Shown: in pieces, positions 38,712-49,780 of the stretch
Layout: each line of letters opens with the position of its first letter
Numbering within the stretch: the stretch's first letter is position 1
DNA from: Pseudorhodoplanes sp.
GTDB taxonomy: Bacteria; Pseudomonadota; Alphaproteobacteria; Rhizobiales; Xanthobacteraceae
Length of the DNA stretch: 64,000 nucleotides
Assembly: GCA_035548355.1 (NCBI GenBank)
Contig: DASZTD010000005.1
Location: forward strand, 2,241 to 66,240
Direction of reading: 5' to 3'
Program-made: the position numbers and the translations under genes
Notes under the pieces: generated by a model
What the model was told of the DNA's origin: nothing
Seen by the model: the letters and a program-made list of their open reading frames with translations, nothing else
The model's database searches: none

Positions 38712-39509
38712 ATGAAGCCGTCCCGCGATATCGCCCGTCTGCTCGAGATCATGGCCGCTCTGCGCACGCCCGGCAGCGGCTGTCCGTGGGACCTGAAGCA
38801 GAATTTTGCGACGATCGCGCCCTACACCATCGAGGAAGCCTATGAGGTCGCCGACGCGGTCGCGCGCGGGAATTTCGACGACCTGCGGGAGGAACTGGGC
38901 GATCTTCTGCTGCAGGTGGTTTTCCATGCGCGGATGGCCGAGGAGCAGGAACGGTTCGACTTCGGCGGCGTAGTCGAGGCGATCACCGAAAAGCTGATCC
39001 GGCGCCACCCGCATGTCTTCGGCGGTGGGAGCGGATTGTCGCCGCAGGACGTCGAGTCGCTGTGGCAGCGGATCAAGGCGGAGGAAAAGGCGGCCCGGCC
39101 CGATCGCGGCAAAGGCGCCCTCGCCGGGATTGCGGCCGGCTTCCCCGCCTTGATGCGCGCGCTGAAGCTGCAGCAGAAAGCGTCCGAGGTCGGTTTCGAT
39201 TGGAACGATCCGCGCGCGGTGCTCGACAAGATCCGCGAGGAAAGCGAGGAGATCCGCGCGGCGGTCGCGCGCGGCAGCCGCGACGAGATGGAGGACGAGA
39301 TCGGCGACCTTCTTTTCGCCGTCGTCAATCTCGCGCGTCATCTCGCGATCGACCCGGAGAGCGCGCTGCGCCGGACCAATGCAAAATTCGAGCGCCGCTT
39401 CGCGCGCATCGAGCATCGGCTCGCGGCGCGGGGCAAGGCGCCGCAAGACGCCACGCTCGAGGAAATGGACGCCTTGTGGAACGAGGCCAAGACGGACGAG
39501 CGACGATGA
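38712..39509 (+). CDS. mazG: Nucleoside triphosphate pyrophosphohydrolase MazG
   Basis: GCPWD, EEAYEV, EELGDLL, RRHPHVF, second EIGDLLF. Confidence 0.95.
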   Translation: MKPSRDIARLLEIMAALRTPGSGCPWDLKQNFATIAPYTIEEAYEVADAVARGNFDDLREELGDLLLQVVFHARMAEEQERFDFGGVVEAITEKLIRRHPHVFGGGSGLSPQDVESLWQRIKAEEKAARPDRGKGALAGIAAGFPALMRALKLQQKASEVGFDWNDPRAVLDKIREESEEIRAAVARGSRDEMEDEIGDLLFAVVNLARHLAIDPESALRRTNAKFERRFARIEHRLAARGKAPQDATLEEMDALWNEAKTDERR

Positions 39510-39524
39510 GGCCGCGGCGGCGGC

Positions 39525-40889
39525 TCAGTGGGGGATGCCCGCGGGAAATCTGGCTCTGACCTGCGCGAGCTTGGAGGGATCGGCGCGCACTTTCATCGCG
39601 AGCCCGCCGTCTGGCTGCAGCGATTTTTCCAGCACCTCCGTGTTGCGATAGAGCCAGCTCGCGCCGGCGCCGTCGGCGGGGTCGATCACGATGTCGAGCT
39701 CGACGCGGTGCGCGGCGAGCCGCCGCTCGACGGCATCGAGGAGCGTCTCGATCCCCTCGCCGGTCAGCGCCGAAACCAGCACCGGCTTGCCCTCGGGCCG
39801 CTGGCGTTCGGCGAGATTGGAGAGCCGCGCGCGCGTGTCCGGTGGCAGGCGATCAATCTTGTTCCAGACCTCGATCAGCCGCGGATCGTTCTGCTCGATT
39901 CCGAGCGAGCGCAGCACGTCCTCGACGTCGTGACGCTGGGCGTCGGCATCCTCGTGCGACACATCGCGCACGTGCAGGATCACGTCCGCCTCGATCACCT
40001 CCTCGAGCGTTGCACGGAAGGCGGCGACCAGCATGGTCGGCAGGTCGGAGATGAAACCGACCGTGTCGGACAGGATCGCCGACGTCCCGTGCGGCAGCTT
40101 CACCGCCCGCAGCGTCGGATCGAGCGTGGCGAACAGCATGTCCGCCTCAAGCACGGCCGCCCGCGTCATCCGGTTGAAAAGCGTGGACTTGCCGGCATTG
40201 GTATAGCCGACGAGCGCCACGATCGGATAAGGCACGCGCCGCCGGCTCTGCCGGTGAAGCTTGCGGCGGTTCTTCACCTTCTCCAGCTCGGCCTCGATAC
40301 GCGCGATTCGTTCCTGGATTTGCCGCCGGTCGGCCTCGATCTGGGTTTCGCCGGGGCCGCCGAGAAAGCCGAATCCGCCGCGCTGGCGCTCGAGATGCGT
40401 CCAGGACCGCACTAGCCGGCTTTTCTGATAGGTCAGATGCGCGAGCTCCACCTGCAGCACGCCTTCCCTCGTATGCGCGCGCCGCCCGAAAATTTCCAGG
40501 ATCAGCCCGGTGCGGTCGAGCACCTTGGCGTTCCACGCCTTTTCGAGATTGCGCTGCTGCACCGGCGACAGCGGCGCATCGACAACGACAAGACCCGCCT
40601 CCTCGCTTTTCGCGAGGCCCGCGATCTCGTCCACCTTTCCCTTGCCGATATAGGTGGAGGGCCGGATTTCGCTCAACGGCACGAGGCCCGAGCCGACGAC
40701 GTCAAGGTCGATGGCGCGCGCGAGCCCGACCGCCTCCTCAAGCCTCGCGGCGGGCTCCCGCTCCGCCTCGCGGCGCGGCGACCCCGGCGCGGCCGGGCCG
40801 CGCAGATAAGGGCGCAGAACGATCGCGCGTGCGGTGTGCGAGCTTTCGCCCGTCAGCCTGGCATGCGGATCACGCGGACGCTGCTCCAA
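39525..40889 (-). CDS. hflX: GTPase HflX
   Basis: GPGETQIE, GYTNAGKST, DTVGF, NKID. Confidence 0.96.
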   Translation of the reverse strand: MEQRPRDPHARLTGESSHTARAIVLRPYLRGPAAPGSPRREAEREPAARLEEAVGLARAIDLDVVGSGLVPLSEIRPSTYIGKGKVDEIAGLAKSEEAGLVVVDAPLSPVQQRNLEKAWNAKVLDRTGLILEIFGRRAHTREGVLQVELAHLTYQKSRLVRSWTHLERQRGGFGFLGGPGETQIEADRRQIQERIARIEAELEKVKNRRKLHRQSRRRVPYPIVALVGYTNAGKSTLFNRMTRAAVLEADMLFATLDPTLRAVKLPHGTSAILSDTVGFISDLPTMLVAAFRATLEEVIEADVILHVRDVSHEDADAQRHDVEDVLRSLGIEQNDPRLIEVWNKIDRLPPDTRARLSNLAERQRPEGKPVLVSALTGEGIETLLDAVERRLAAHRVELDIVIDPADGAGASWLYRNTEVLEKSLQPDGGLAMKVRADPSKLAQVRARFPAGIPH

Positions 40890-41153
40890 CTAGACCTTTT
40901 CCCCTGCCGGCGCGCCCTCCTCGGCTCCCTCGAACAGCTGAATCGGGTGCCCCGGCATGATTGTCGAGATCGCGTGCTTGTACACGAGCTGCGAATGCCC
41001 GTCGCGCCTGAGCAGCACGCAGAAATTATCGAACCAGGTGACAACGCCCTGCAGCTTCACCCCGTTCACGAGAAATATGGTGAGCGGAATTTTCGCCTTG
41101 CGGACATGGTTGAGAAAGGTGTCTTGGAGATTTTGAGCGCGCTCGGACGCCAT
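40890..41153 (-). CDS. hfq: RNA chaperone Hfq
   Basis: [27 protein letters not shown]. Confidence 0.97.
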   Translation of the reverse strand: MASERAQNLQDTFLNHVRKAKIPLTIFLVNGVKLQGVVTWFDNFCVLLRRDGHSQLVYKHAISTIMPGHPIQLFEGAEEGAPAGEKV

Positions 41154-41324
41154 TGCCATTGTTCCTTATTGCCGCGCCCCCTGTGATCCGCGGCCGCTTT
41201 TTGCCAAGTCTCATCGTCCCTCGTATTTCCCGCACGAGGACTTGGGGCAAAGCCATTAGATTGTACGAAAGGCGGGTGCGCAAGGCCTCTTTGCACCCCG
41301 TCCAGAGGCTTAAGAGCAGCAAAA

Positions 41325-42188
41325 TCAGGAGAATTCGGCGTAACGGTGGAAATCCCGCCGCAATTGACCGGCCAGGAGCCCCGGTGCCCCGTTGCCGACG
41401 GGGTGGCCGTCGATCCGGACCACGGGCATCACGAGCTGGCTGGCCGAGGTCAAAAACGCCTCCCGGGCCTCGATGGCCTCAGCGACGGTAAAGGGCCGCT
41501 CCTCCAGCGTCAGGCCCTGGGCCCTGATCGCCTCGATCACGACCGTCCGGGTGATGCCTTTCAGGATGCCGTGGTCGGCGGGCCGGGTGACCACCCTGCC
41601 GTCGCGGGTGACAATCCAGGCATTCGACGACGAACCCTCGGTCACATATCCCGCCTTGTCCACAAACCAGGCTTCCCGCGCCCCCTGCTCGCGCGCCGCC
41701 TGCTTGGCGAGCACGTTCGGCAGCAGCGACACGGATTTGATATCAACCCGCTCCCAGCGGTTGTCCGGCACGGTGACCACGGCAACTCCCGCCGCGGCCA
41801 CCGCCTCGGCTTTCTCGAAATCGAGATTGTTGGCGGTCACCACGACGCTCGGCCGCGTGCCGGGCGCGGGAAACGCGTGATCGCGCCGCGCCACCCCGCG
41901 CGTGATCTGCAGATAGACGATGCCGTCGCTGACGCGGTTGCGCCGAATCGTCTCGTGCAGGACGACGCTGAGCGCCGAACGCGGCATCGGCAGCGGGATG
42001 CGCAATTCGCCGAGAGAGCGCATCAGCCGATCGATGTGGCGTCGCTCGTCCACCAGGCGGCCGCCGCGCACCTCGCACACCTCATAAACGCCGTCGGCGA
42101 ACTGGTATCCCCGGTCCTCCACATTCACGGCGGCCTCGCGGCGCGGCACGTAGCGGCCGTTCACATAGGCGATCCGCGACACTGCCAT
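41325..42188 (-). CDS. dat: D-amino-acid transaminase (class IV aminotransferase)
   Basis: EDRGYQFADGVYEV, DIKSVSLLPN, TEGSSSN, ILKGITR. Confidence 0.88.
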   Translation of the reverse strand: MAVSRIAYVNGRYVPRREAAVNVEDRGYQFADGVYEVCEVRGGRLVDERRHIDRLMRSLGELRIPLPMPRSALSVVLHETIRRNRVSDGIVYLQITRGVARRDHAFPAPGTRPSVVVTANNLDFEKAEAVAAAGVAVVTVPDNRWERVDIKSVSLLPNVLAKQAAREQGAREAWFVDKAGYVTEGSSSNAWIVTRDGRVVTRPADHGILKGITRTVVIEAIRAQGLTLEERPFTVAEAIEAREAFLTSASQLVMPVVRIDGHPVGNGAPGLLAGQLRRDFHRYAEFS

Positions 42189-42197
42189 TCCCCCGCG

Positions 42198-43568
42198 TCA
42201 GCCGATTCCGAGCACCTTGAGCTTGCGGTGCAGGGCCGAACGCTCCATTCCCACAAACTCCGCCGTGCGCGAAATGTTGCCGCCGAAGCGGCTGATCTGC
42301 GCCTGTAGATATTCGCGCTCGAACATTTCGCGCGCCTCGCGCAGCGGCAATCCCATGAGCTGCTCGCCGCCATTGCCGTTCGGCATGTTCGGCACCATCG
42401 AGCCGACATCCTGCGGCAGCATGCTGGCATTGATCGTCGCCGACGGATCCCCGCCGGCGAGAATCATCAGGCGCTCCACATTGTTGCGCAGCTGGCGGAC
42501 ATTGCCGGGCCAATCATGCGACTGCAGCACCGCCATCGCATCGTCGCCGATGCTGCGCTTGGCGAGCCCGGTCGCCTGTGAAATCTGATCCATGAAAAAA
42601 TCAATAAGCAGCGGAATGTCCTCGCGCCGCTCGGCGAGCGGAGGCACCCGGATCGGCACGACCGAGAGGCGATGATAGAGATCCTCGCGGAACTTGCCGG
42701 AGGCGATGTCGGCCTCGAGATTGCGCGCGGTGGAGGAAATGATCCGCACATCGACCGACACCCTGGCGCTTCCGCCCACACGCTCGAAGGTCTGCTCGGT
42801 GAGCACGCGCAGGATCTTGCTCTGCGTTTCGCGCGGCATGTCGGCGATCTCGTCGATGAACAGCGTGCCGCCGTGCGCCTCCTCGAGCGCGCCGACCTTG
42901 CGGCTGTCCGCGCCGTTGACCTGCTCGACGCCGAACAACTCGGTCTCCATGCGTTCCGGCGTCATTGCCGCGGCGTTGATGACCACGAACGGGCCGTTGG
43001 CGCGTGCCGACAGCGCGTGGATGGTGCGTGCCGTCAGTTCCTTGCCGGCGCCGGAAGGGCCGATGATCAGGATGCGGCTGTTAGTCGGGGCTACCTTCTC
43101 GACGGTTTGGCGGAGTTGATTGATGGCGCCGGACTTGCCGACGAGCCCGTTGGCGAGCGGACCGAGCTGCTTGAGCTCCTTGACCTCGCGCTTGAGCCGC
43201 GACGCCTCGAGCGCTCGGTCGGCAACGAGCAGTAGACGATCCGCCTTGAACGGCTTCTCGATGAAATCATAGGCCCCGCGCTTGATCGCGGCGACGGCGG
43301 TCTCGATGTTGCCGTGTCCGGAAATCATCACCACGGGCAGATCGGGGTGCTCGGCGCGCGCGGCATCGAGAAGCTGCAGGCCGTCGAGTTTGCTGCCCTG
43401 CAGCCAGATATCGAGAAAGAGAAGGTTCGGTCGCCGCGCCTTGATCGCGGCGAGCGCGGCATCGCTGTCGCGGGCGACGCGGGTCGAATATCCTTCATCC
43501 TGCAGAATGCCCGACACCAGTTCGCAGATATCGCTTTCGTCGTCGACAATGAGAATATCGGCCGCCAT
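42198..43568 (-). CDS. ntrX: Response regulator NtrX
   Basis: REC (LDIWL), AAA+ lacking GAFTGA, MERSALHRKLK HTH; downstream of ntrY. Confidence 0.93.
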   Translation of the reverse strand: MAADILIVDDESDICELVSGILQDEGYSTRVARDSDAALAAIKARRPNLLFLDIWLQGSKLDGLQLLDAARAEHPDLPVVMISGHGNIETAVAAIKRGAYDFIEKPFKADRLLLVADRALEASRLKREVKELKQLGPLANGLVGKSGAINQLRQTVEKVAPTNSRILIIGPSGAGKELTARTIHALSARANGPFVVINAAAMTPERMETELFGVEQVNGADSRKVGALEEAHGGTLFIDEIADMPRETQSKILRVLTEQTFERVGGSARVSVDVRIISSTARNLEADIASGKFREDLYHRLSVVPIRVPPLAERREDIPLLIDFFMDQISQATGLAKRSIGDDAMAVLQSHDWPGNVRQLRNNVERLMILAGGDPSATINASMLPQDVGSMVPNMPNGNGGEQLMGLPLREAREMFEREYLQAQISRFGGNISRTAEFVGMERSALHRKLKVLGIG

Positions 43569-43591
43569 AGGTCGTTTTCCGCACTCTTGGG

Positions 43592-45814
43592 TTACGCAGC
43601 ATCATCGCGGGTGGGAGTCGCCACGGGATCGACGGCGAAGCGAAGGCGCATCCAGGCACCCCGCTGCCCGTCCCGCTTCTCGGACGCGTCGTGAAGTTCG
43701 ATCCCTCCGCCGTGATCTTCAAGAATCTTGCCGACGATGGCCAAACCAAGGCCTGTCCCCTTTTCGCGCGTCGTCACATAGGGCTCGAGCAGCCGGCTTC
43801 GATTTTCCTTCGGCAATCCAATGCCGTTGTCCACGACATCGATCATGACCTGGTCTCCCTCACGGGATACCGAAATGTCGATCCTCCCCTTGCCGGCGCC
43901 TTCGGGCAGCGCGGCGATCGCCTCGGCGGCATTCTTGATGATGTTCGTGAGCCCCTGCGAGATCAGGCGGCGGTCGAAATGCGCCATCAGCGGGTCTTCC
44001 TTGATGGAGACCTCGATATCGATATCGGGATGGGCCACGCGCATCAGGAATACGGCCTGGCGTACCGTGTCGGCCACGTCCTCGGCCGCCATGACCGGCT
44101 TCGGCATGCGCGCGAAGCGCGAGAACTCATCGACCATGCGCCGAATATCGTCAACCTGCCGGATGATCGTATCGGTGCATTGCTCGAACACCGCCCGATC
44201 GTCGGTGATGCTTTTCCCGTATTTACGGCGTAGCCGCTCGGCCGAAAGCTGGATAGGGGTCAGCGGATTCTTGATTTCATGCGCGATGCGCCGGGCTACG
44301 TCGGCCCAGGCCGAAGTGCGTTGCGCGGTCACGAGATCGGTGATGTCGTCGAGCGTCACCACGTAGCCGTGCTCCGCCGCCGACTGCTCCGTCGCGACGC
44401 GCACCGACACGTTGCGGTCGCGCCCCTTGCGGCTGATCGTCATCTGGCCCTGCACCAGGCGATGATTGCCCTCCTTGATGCCGGAAATGATTTCGTCCAG
44501 CTCCGGCACGACTTCGATCAGCGGCTTCCCGAGCGCCTCGGTTTCGCCGCAGCCGATCAGCTTTTCGGCGGACCGGTTGAGAATGCTGATGCGCCCCTGC
44601 GCGTCGACACCGATCACGCCCGCGCTGGCGCCAGCGAGTACCGCCTCGGTGAAGCGGCGGCGGCTGTCGATCAGGTCGCGGGCGTTGAGCAGGTCGTCGT
44701 GCTGGCTGCGCAGCTCCTGCGTCATCTTGTTGAACGTCTCGCCGAGTTGGGCGAGATCGCCTTCGGATTTTCGTACCGGCACCTGCACATGCAGGTTGCC
44801 GGTGGCCACGATATTGGCGGCGCCGATCAGCCGGCGGATCGGCGCGACGAGCTGATTGGCGAAATTCAGTCCGATCCATACCGCGGACAGGAGCACGATC
44901 AGCGCGATCACCGTGTACATCAGCGCGAAGGCGACCTGCACGCCGAGGCGGCGCGCTTCGAGCGCGGCATATTCCGACACGCTGGCGCGCGTGCGTTGCA
45001 ATTGGCCGATGACCTGCGGATCGAGCGAGCGGGTCACGTAAAGATAGAGATTGTCGTAGTTGCGCAGCTTGACAATTGCGGCGACGTAATTCGATTCCGG
45101 AATCAGGGCAATCTGCGGCTCTTCTTCCGATACGAGGCTGAGGGCGGCCTTGGACGGCGCAACGAAATCCTGCGTCACCCGCAGATCGCTGCGCTCCACC
45201 ACCTGCAGGTCGCCGTCCAGAATGACCGCCGCCGGCAGCCCGCGAATGGAGGCCTGCGCCGTCAGAAACTGGCGGAACCGCGGCCGATCCTGCTCGAACA
45301 ATTGCTTGGCGCGCGTCACGTCGAACGACATGGCCAGGATGTCGCCGCGGATCGTCTGCACGTGTTCGCGCACATAGGACTCGGCGACGCCGAGCGAGCT
45401 TTCGATCACCGCGCGGGTACGGGTTGAAAACAGCCGGTCGAGGCCCCGGTCGAGCGTCACGCTCGCCACGATGGCGACGAGGATGGCGGGCGCCGCCGCC
45501 ACGACCGAAAACAGGGCAACCACGCGCACATGCAGCCGCGCGCCCGCCCGCCCCCGCCGCCAGGCCTGCAGCATGAGCCAGACTTCCCGGCTGATAACCG
45601 CGACGAGCACCAGCACGGTCGCCGCGTTGATCATCAACAGCGTGACGACAACCTCGTGCGAGGGCGCGACCGGCGTAAGCCCGGCGAGGACCAGAAAGGT
45701 GGCGAGCGCCGACAGCAGCGCGACTGCTACCGCGACTGGCCCGGCGACCCTGAGCGCCGCCCGTGTCGGAAAACCGACATTCTCTAGCGTCGCAGTCTGG
45801 TCCGCGCTCGTCAT
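43592..45814 (-). CDS. ntrY: Sensor histidine kinase NtrY
   Basis: TM-HAMP-PAS-kinase; [27 protein letters not shown]. Confidence 0.93.
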   Translation of the reverse strand: MTSADQTATLENVGFPTRAALRVAGPVAVAVALLSALATFLVLAGLTPVAPSHEVVVTLLMINAATVLVLVAVISREVWLMLQAWRRGRAGARLHVRVVALFSVVAAAPAILVAIVASVTLDRGLDRLFSTRTRAVIESSLGVAESYVREHVQTIRGDILAMSFDVTRAKQLFEQDRPRFRQFLTAQASIRGLPAAVILDGDLQVVERSDLRVTQDFVAPSKAALSLVSEEEPQIALIPESNYVAAIVKLRNYDNLYLYVTRSLDPQVIGQLQRTRASVSEYAALEARRLGVQVAFALMYTVIALIVLLSAVWIGLNFANQLVAPIRRLIGAANIVATGNLHVQVPVRKSEGDLAQLGETFNKMTQELRSQHDDLLNARDLIDSRRRFTEAVLAGASAGVIGVDAQGRISILNRSAEKLIGCGETEALGKPLIEVVPELDEIISGIKEGNHRLVQGQMTISRKGRDRNVSVRVATEQSAAEHGYVVTLDDITDLVTAQRTSAWADVARRIAHEIKNPLTPIQLSAERLRRKYGKSITDDRAVFEQCTDTIIRQVDDIRRMVDEFSRFARMPKPVMAAEDVADTVRQAVFLMRVAHPDIDIEVSIKEDPLMAHFDRRLISQGLTNIIKNAAEAIAALPEGAGKGRIDISVSREGDQVMIDVVDNGIGLPKENRSRLLEPYVTTREKGTGLGLAIVGKILEDHGGGIELHDASEKRDGQRGAWMRLRFAVDPVATPTRDDAA

Positions 45815-45828
45815 CCCCCCGCCCGAGC

Positions 45829-45908
45829 TGTTGCAAAATTGAAAGATCAATCAACGCCTTGTAAGGCGTAATGTGATGTATTTCTACAACAATGTTGCGA
45901 AATTGAGA
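45829..45908. repeat. Direct/inverted repeats in the ntrC-ntrY intergenic region (candidate regulator sites)
   Basis: TGTTGCAAAATTGAAA (45829) and TGTTGCGAAATTGAGA (45893); near-palindrome TGATGTA-tttc-TACAACA; IR ACGCCTT-gt-AAGGCGT. Confidence 0.55.
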
Positions 45909-45932
45909 CAAATCCGGGGCGGGGCAACAGCT

Positions 45933-47375
45933 TTAATTGCTGGTGCGGATCACCTGGATGTCGAGATCGCGGATTTTCTTGCGCAGCGTGTTGCGGTTGA
46001 CCCCGAGAAGGTCAGCCGCGCGGATCTGGTTGCCCCGCGTTGCGGCGAGCGCGGCGGACAGGAGCGGATATTCGACCTCCCGCAGGATGCGATGGTAGAG
46101 GCCGGGCGGCGGCAGGCCGTCGCCGAAGCTCGCGAAATAGCGCGACAGGTTGCGCTCGACCGCGGCCGAAAGATTGTCATTGGCGGAGCCGTCGGGTTCG
46201 GCGGCGACCGGCGGCTGGGCCAGCTCGGCGTCGATCACCGCCGCCGAGATCACTTCCTGCGGATAGAGCGCGGCGAGCCGGCGCGCGAGATTTTCAAGTT
46301 CGCGCACATTGCCCGGCCACGGATAGCGTTTGAGGCGCTCGATCGCCGCCTGGTCGATCTGCTTGGCTGGCAGCCCTTCGCGCTCGACCATAGCGAAGAA
46401 ATGGCGGATCAGGTCGGGGATATCCTCGGCGCGCTCGCGCAAGGGCGGCAGGCGCAGCGGCACGACGTTCAGGCGGAAGAACAGATCTTCGCGGAACAGC
46501 CCCTGCTGGATCAGCACGCGCAGGTCCTTGTTGGTCGCCGCGATAATGCGCACGTCGGTCTTGATCGGCGTGCGGCCGCCGACCGTCGTGTACTCGCCCT
46601 GCTGCAACACGCGCAGCAAGCGCGTCTGCGCCTCCATCGGCATGTCACCGATCTCGTCGAGAAACAGCGTGCCCCCTTCGGCCTGCTCGAAGCGGCCGCT
46701 CGAGCGCGTGTTGGCGCCGGTGAAGGCGCCTTTCTCGTGGCCGAACAATTCGCTTTCGATCAGGTCACGCGGAATGGCGGCCATGTTGATGGCAACGAAA
46801 GGTCCGTTGCGCCGCTTGCCGTAATCGTGCAGTGCGCGCGCCACCAGTTCCTTGCCGGTGCCGGACTCGCCAGAAATCATCACCGTCAGGTCGGTCTGCA
46901 TCAGGCGGGCGAGCAGGCGGTAGATTTCCTGCATCGCCGGCGAGCGGCCGACGAGCGGAATGTTGTCGAACTCATCGGGCTTCTGCGCAGCCGGCCGCTG
47001 CCGGTCCTTCGGCTCGGACAGCGCGCGGCCGACGATCGCGGTCAACTCCTTCAGGTCGAAGGGCTTCGGCAGATATTCGTAGGCGCCGCGTTCCGACGCC
47101 CGGATCGCGGTCATGAAGGTGTTCTGCGCGCTCATGACGATGATCGGCAGATCCGGGCGCAGTTTCTTGATGCGCGGGATCAGCTCGAAGGCGTTCTCGT
47201 CCGGCATCACCACGTCGGTGATGACGAGATCTCCCTCCCCCTGGCTCACCCAGCGCCAGAGCGTCGCCGCGTTCCCGGTGGAACGCACCTCGTAACCCGC
47301 GCGCGACAACGCCTGATTGAGCACCGTGCGGATGGCGCTATCGTCGTCGGCGACCAGAATGCTTGCGGAGGGCAT
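45933..47375 (-). CDS. ntrC: Nitrogen regulation protein NR(I) NtrC
   Basis: [26 protein letters not shown]. Confidence 0.96.
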   Translation of the reverse strand: MPSASILVADDDSAIRTVLNQALSRAGYEVRSTGNAATLWRWVSQGEGDLVITDVVMPDENAFELIPRIKKLRPDLPIIVMSAQNTFMTAIRASERGAYEYLPKPFDLKELTAIVGRALSEPKDRQRPAAQKPDEFDNIPLVGRSPAMQEIYRLLARLMQTDLTVMISGESGTGKELVARALHDYGKRRNGPFVAINMAAIPRDLIESELFGHEKGAFTGANTRSSGRFEQAEGGTLFLDEIGDMPMEAQTRLLRVLQQGEYTTVGGRTPIKTDVRIIAATNKDLRVLIQQGLFREDLFFRLNVVPLRLPPLRERAEDIPDLIRHFFAMVEREGLPAKQIDQAAIERLKRYPWPGNVRELENLARRLAALYPQEVISAAVIDAELAQPPVAAEPDGSANDNLSAAVERNLSRYFASFGDGLPPPGLYHRILREVEYPLLSAALAATRGNQIRAADLLGVNRNTLRKKIRDLDIQVIRTSN

Positions 47376-47399
47376 GCTAATTGTCCTTCCGTGCTCTCA

Positions 47400-48551
47400 T
47401 CATTTGTTCGCCTTGCCGCCGTTTTTCGGCGCGCTCGGCGCCTCGATTTCATGCTGCGCATAGATCGGCATCAGCACCCGGAATATCGTCTGTCGAGGCT
47501 GGGACTCGCATTCGATGATGCCGCCGTGATCGCCGATGATCTTGGCAACCAATGCAAGACCCAGACCAGAACCGCTGGGCTTGGTCGTCACGAACGGGTC
47601 GAACAGATGCTGCGCAAGGTCGGGAGGTACTCCCGGACCGTTGTCCTTGATGCAGAATTCCAGCGGCAGCGACACGCGCGCCTTGCTGCCCGGCAATGAT
47701 AGGCGCACGCCCGGCCGGAACGCGGTGGTGAGCTGGATTTCCCCGTCGATCGCATCGACGCCAATGGCTTCGGCCGCGTTCTTCACGAGATTGAGAAAGA
47801 CCTGGACGAGCTGGTCGCGGTTGGCGAGCACCGGCGGCAGCGACGGGTCGTAGTCCTCGACGAACTTGATGTGGCGGGCGAATCCCGACTGGGCGAGCCG
47901 CTTCACATGATCGAGCACGACGTGAATGTTGACCGGCTCGCGCTCAACCGGCCGCTCGTCGGCGAACACTTCCATCCGGTCCACGAGCTTCACGATTCGG
48001 TCGGCCTCGTCGCAAATCAGGCGGGTCAAGGTCCGGTCCTCATCGGCGGCCGATTGCTCGAGCAATTGTGCCGCCCCGCGAATCCCGGAAAGCGGATTCT
48101 TGATTTCATGGGCGAGCATGGCGGCCAGCGCAACGACCGAGCGCGCCGCGCCGCGATGCGTCAATTGCCGGTCCATCTTGTCGGCGATGGTGCGCTCCTG
48201 CAACATCACGATGACGTCACCGGGCCGTTCGGGAAGCGGGGCGACGTGCAGATCCACGACGTGATCGCCGGGATTGCGCGGCGTGCCGAGATCGACGCGA
48301 TACTCGTTCACCGCGGCTCCGCGCGTGCGAACCTGTTCGACCAGCGCGAGCAGCGGCGAGCCGAAGGGCACGAGATCGCGCAACTGGTTGCGGCGCAGAA
48401 GCGAGGCCGACATTTCGAAGAAGGCTTCAGCCGCGACATTGGCGTCCGCGATCCGCCCGTCGGCGCCGACGACGAGCACCGGCAGCGGAAGCGCGTTCAC
48501 AACCGCATCCGCCACCTTCGGCCGTTCGACGATGCCCGAATCCATGCTCAT
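47400..48551 (-). CDS. ntrB: Nitrogen regulation sensor kinase NtrB
   Basis: PAS + [25 protein letters not shown]. Confidence 0.95.
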   Translation of the reverse strand: MSMDSGIVERPKVADAVVNALPLPVLVVGADGRIADANVAAEAFFEMSASLLRRNQLRDLVPFGSPLLALVEQVRTRGAAVNEYRVDLGTPRNPGDHVVDLHVAPLPERPGDVIVMLQERTIADKMDRQLTHRGAARSVVALAAMLAHEIKNPLSGIRGAAQLLEQSAADEDRTLTRLICDEADRIVKLVDRMEVFADERPVEREPVNIHVVLDHVKRLAQSGFARHIKFVEDYDPSLPPVLANRDQLVQVFLNLVKNAAEAIGVDAIDGEIQLTTAFRPGVRLSLPGSKARVSLPLEFCIKDNGPGVPPDLAQHLFDPFVTTKPSGSGLGLALVAKIIGDHGGIIECESQPRQTIFRVLMPIYAQHEIEAPSAPKNGGKANK

Positions 48552-49636
48552 GCCGCCGCCTGCATCCTTTCGCGATCGTCATGGCGGCCGGCCCCGCTTT
48601 CGGCAAAGGCTGAGTAGGCCGCGGCGAGATTGGCCTGCACTTGCCTCGGATCCTCGGCAGTGAGCACGCGATGGCGCCAAGCCTTGAGCTCCGCGGCGCC
48701 GGCGCCGCAGGTCGCCGCGGCGACGTCGAGCGCCGAAGCGACATGCTTGCGCGCATGCTTGCGCCCGATTTCGAGGCCGTGATGCGCCAGCATTTCCTCG
48801 TAAAGTGCGCTGATCCAGGCAAGCTGCGTCGCCAGATCGGGATCCGTTTCGCGTCGGCCGGTTTCGAGATAGCGCGCGATTTGGCCGGGCAACCAGGGGC
48901 GTCCCTGGGCTGCTCGCCCCACCATCACGAGATCGGCCCCGGACCGCGCCAGCGCCAGCTCCGCCTCCTCGATCGTGGCGATGTCGCCATTGGCGACAAC
49001 CGGAATCGACACCGCGTTTTTGACGTCGCGGATCGCGGCCCAGTCGGCACGGCCCTTGTAGAACTGGCAGCGCGTGCGGCCATGCACGGTGACGAGCCTG
49101 ATGCCCGCCTGCTCGGCGCGACGCGCGAGCTGGGCGGCATTGCGGCTTCGATCGTCCCAACCAAGGCGCATCTTCAGCGTGACCGGCACCGACACTGCCG
49201 CGACCGTGGCCTCGATCAGCGTCAGCGCATGATCGAGGTCGCGCATCAACGCCGAGCCCGATTGCCCGCCGACGACGTGCTTTGCCGGGCAACCCATATT
49301 GATGTCGATCACGTCCGCGCCCGACTGCTCGGCAATGCGGGCGGCCTCGCCCATCCATCGTGCGTCGCAGCCGGCGAGCTGCACGACATGCGTGCCGACC
49401 CCCTGTCCTTCGCTGCGCAGCCGCGCATCGCGCCGGCCCTCAATGAGCTTGTCGCTCGCCGTCATCTCCGACACGACGAGTGCGGCACCCAGCCGCGCCA
49501 CCAACCGGCGAAACGGCAGATCGGTGACGCCCGACATCGGCGCGAGGATGACGCGATTGGCCAGCTCTATCGCGCCAATAGAGATGCTCAATTTAGTTGG
49601 CACAATTTTGGTCACATTTGCACACAAAACAGGCAT
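48548..49636 (-). CDS. dusB: tRNA-dihydrouridine synthase DusB (NifR3); true start may be a downstream GTG/TTG (49615/49603/49591)
   Basis: [27 protein letters not shown]. Confidence 0.93.
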   Translation of the reverse strand: MPVLCANVTKIVPTKLSISIGAIELANRVILAPMSGVTDLPFRRLVARLGAALVVSEMTASDKLIEGRRDARLRSEGQGVGTHVVQLAGCDARWMGEAARIAEQSGADVIDINMGCPAKHVVGGQSGSALMRDLDHALTLIEATVAAVSVPVTLKMRLGWDDRSRNAAQLARRAEQAGIRLVTVHGRTRCQFYKGRADWAAIRDVKNAVSIPVVANGDIATIEEAELALARSGADLVMVGRAAQGRPWLPGQIARYLETGRRETDPDLATQLAWISALYEEMLAHHGLEIGRKHARKHVASALDVAAATCGAGAAELKAWRHRVLTAEDPRQVQANLAAAYSAFAESGAGRHDDRERMQAAA

Positions 49637-49663
49637 ATGGAGAGATTGCTTACAGTTTAGCCA
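49599..49663. promoter_or_regulatory. Three NtrC-like binding boxes upstream of dusB-ntrBC
   Basis: GGCAC-N7-GTCAC, TGCAC-N7-AGGCA, TGCTT-N7-AGCCA with A/T-rich spacers versus TGCAC-N7-GTGCA. Confidence 0.55.
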
Positions 49664-49780
49664 AATCCTCCGACGTCAACAAGTGCTGCGGTGCAAAAAT
49701 TCCATCGCTTCGTGAATTTGGTTTCCGGGGCGCGGCCCAGGCGCTAAAGCGTCGTGTTCCGGCGAACGAGGACTGTTTTT

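Noticed and set aside
38712-39509. MazG as an anti-phage or abortive-infection gene
   Set aside because: Full-length tandem-domain housekeeping MazG in its usual position next to hflX; no defence-island context
41310-41324. TTAA-N7-AAAA upstream of hfq as a CtrA box
   Set aside because: Two mismatches in one half-site and no TTAAC; insufficient support
49597-49612. Possible sigma-54 promoter TTGGCAC-N5-TGG
   Set aside because: The -12 element lacks the required GC; better explained as an NtrC-like box
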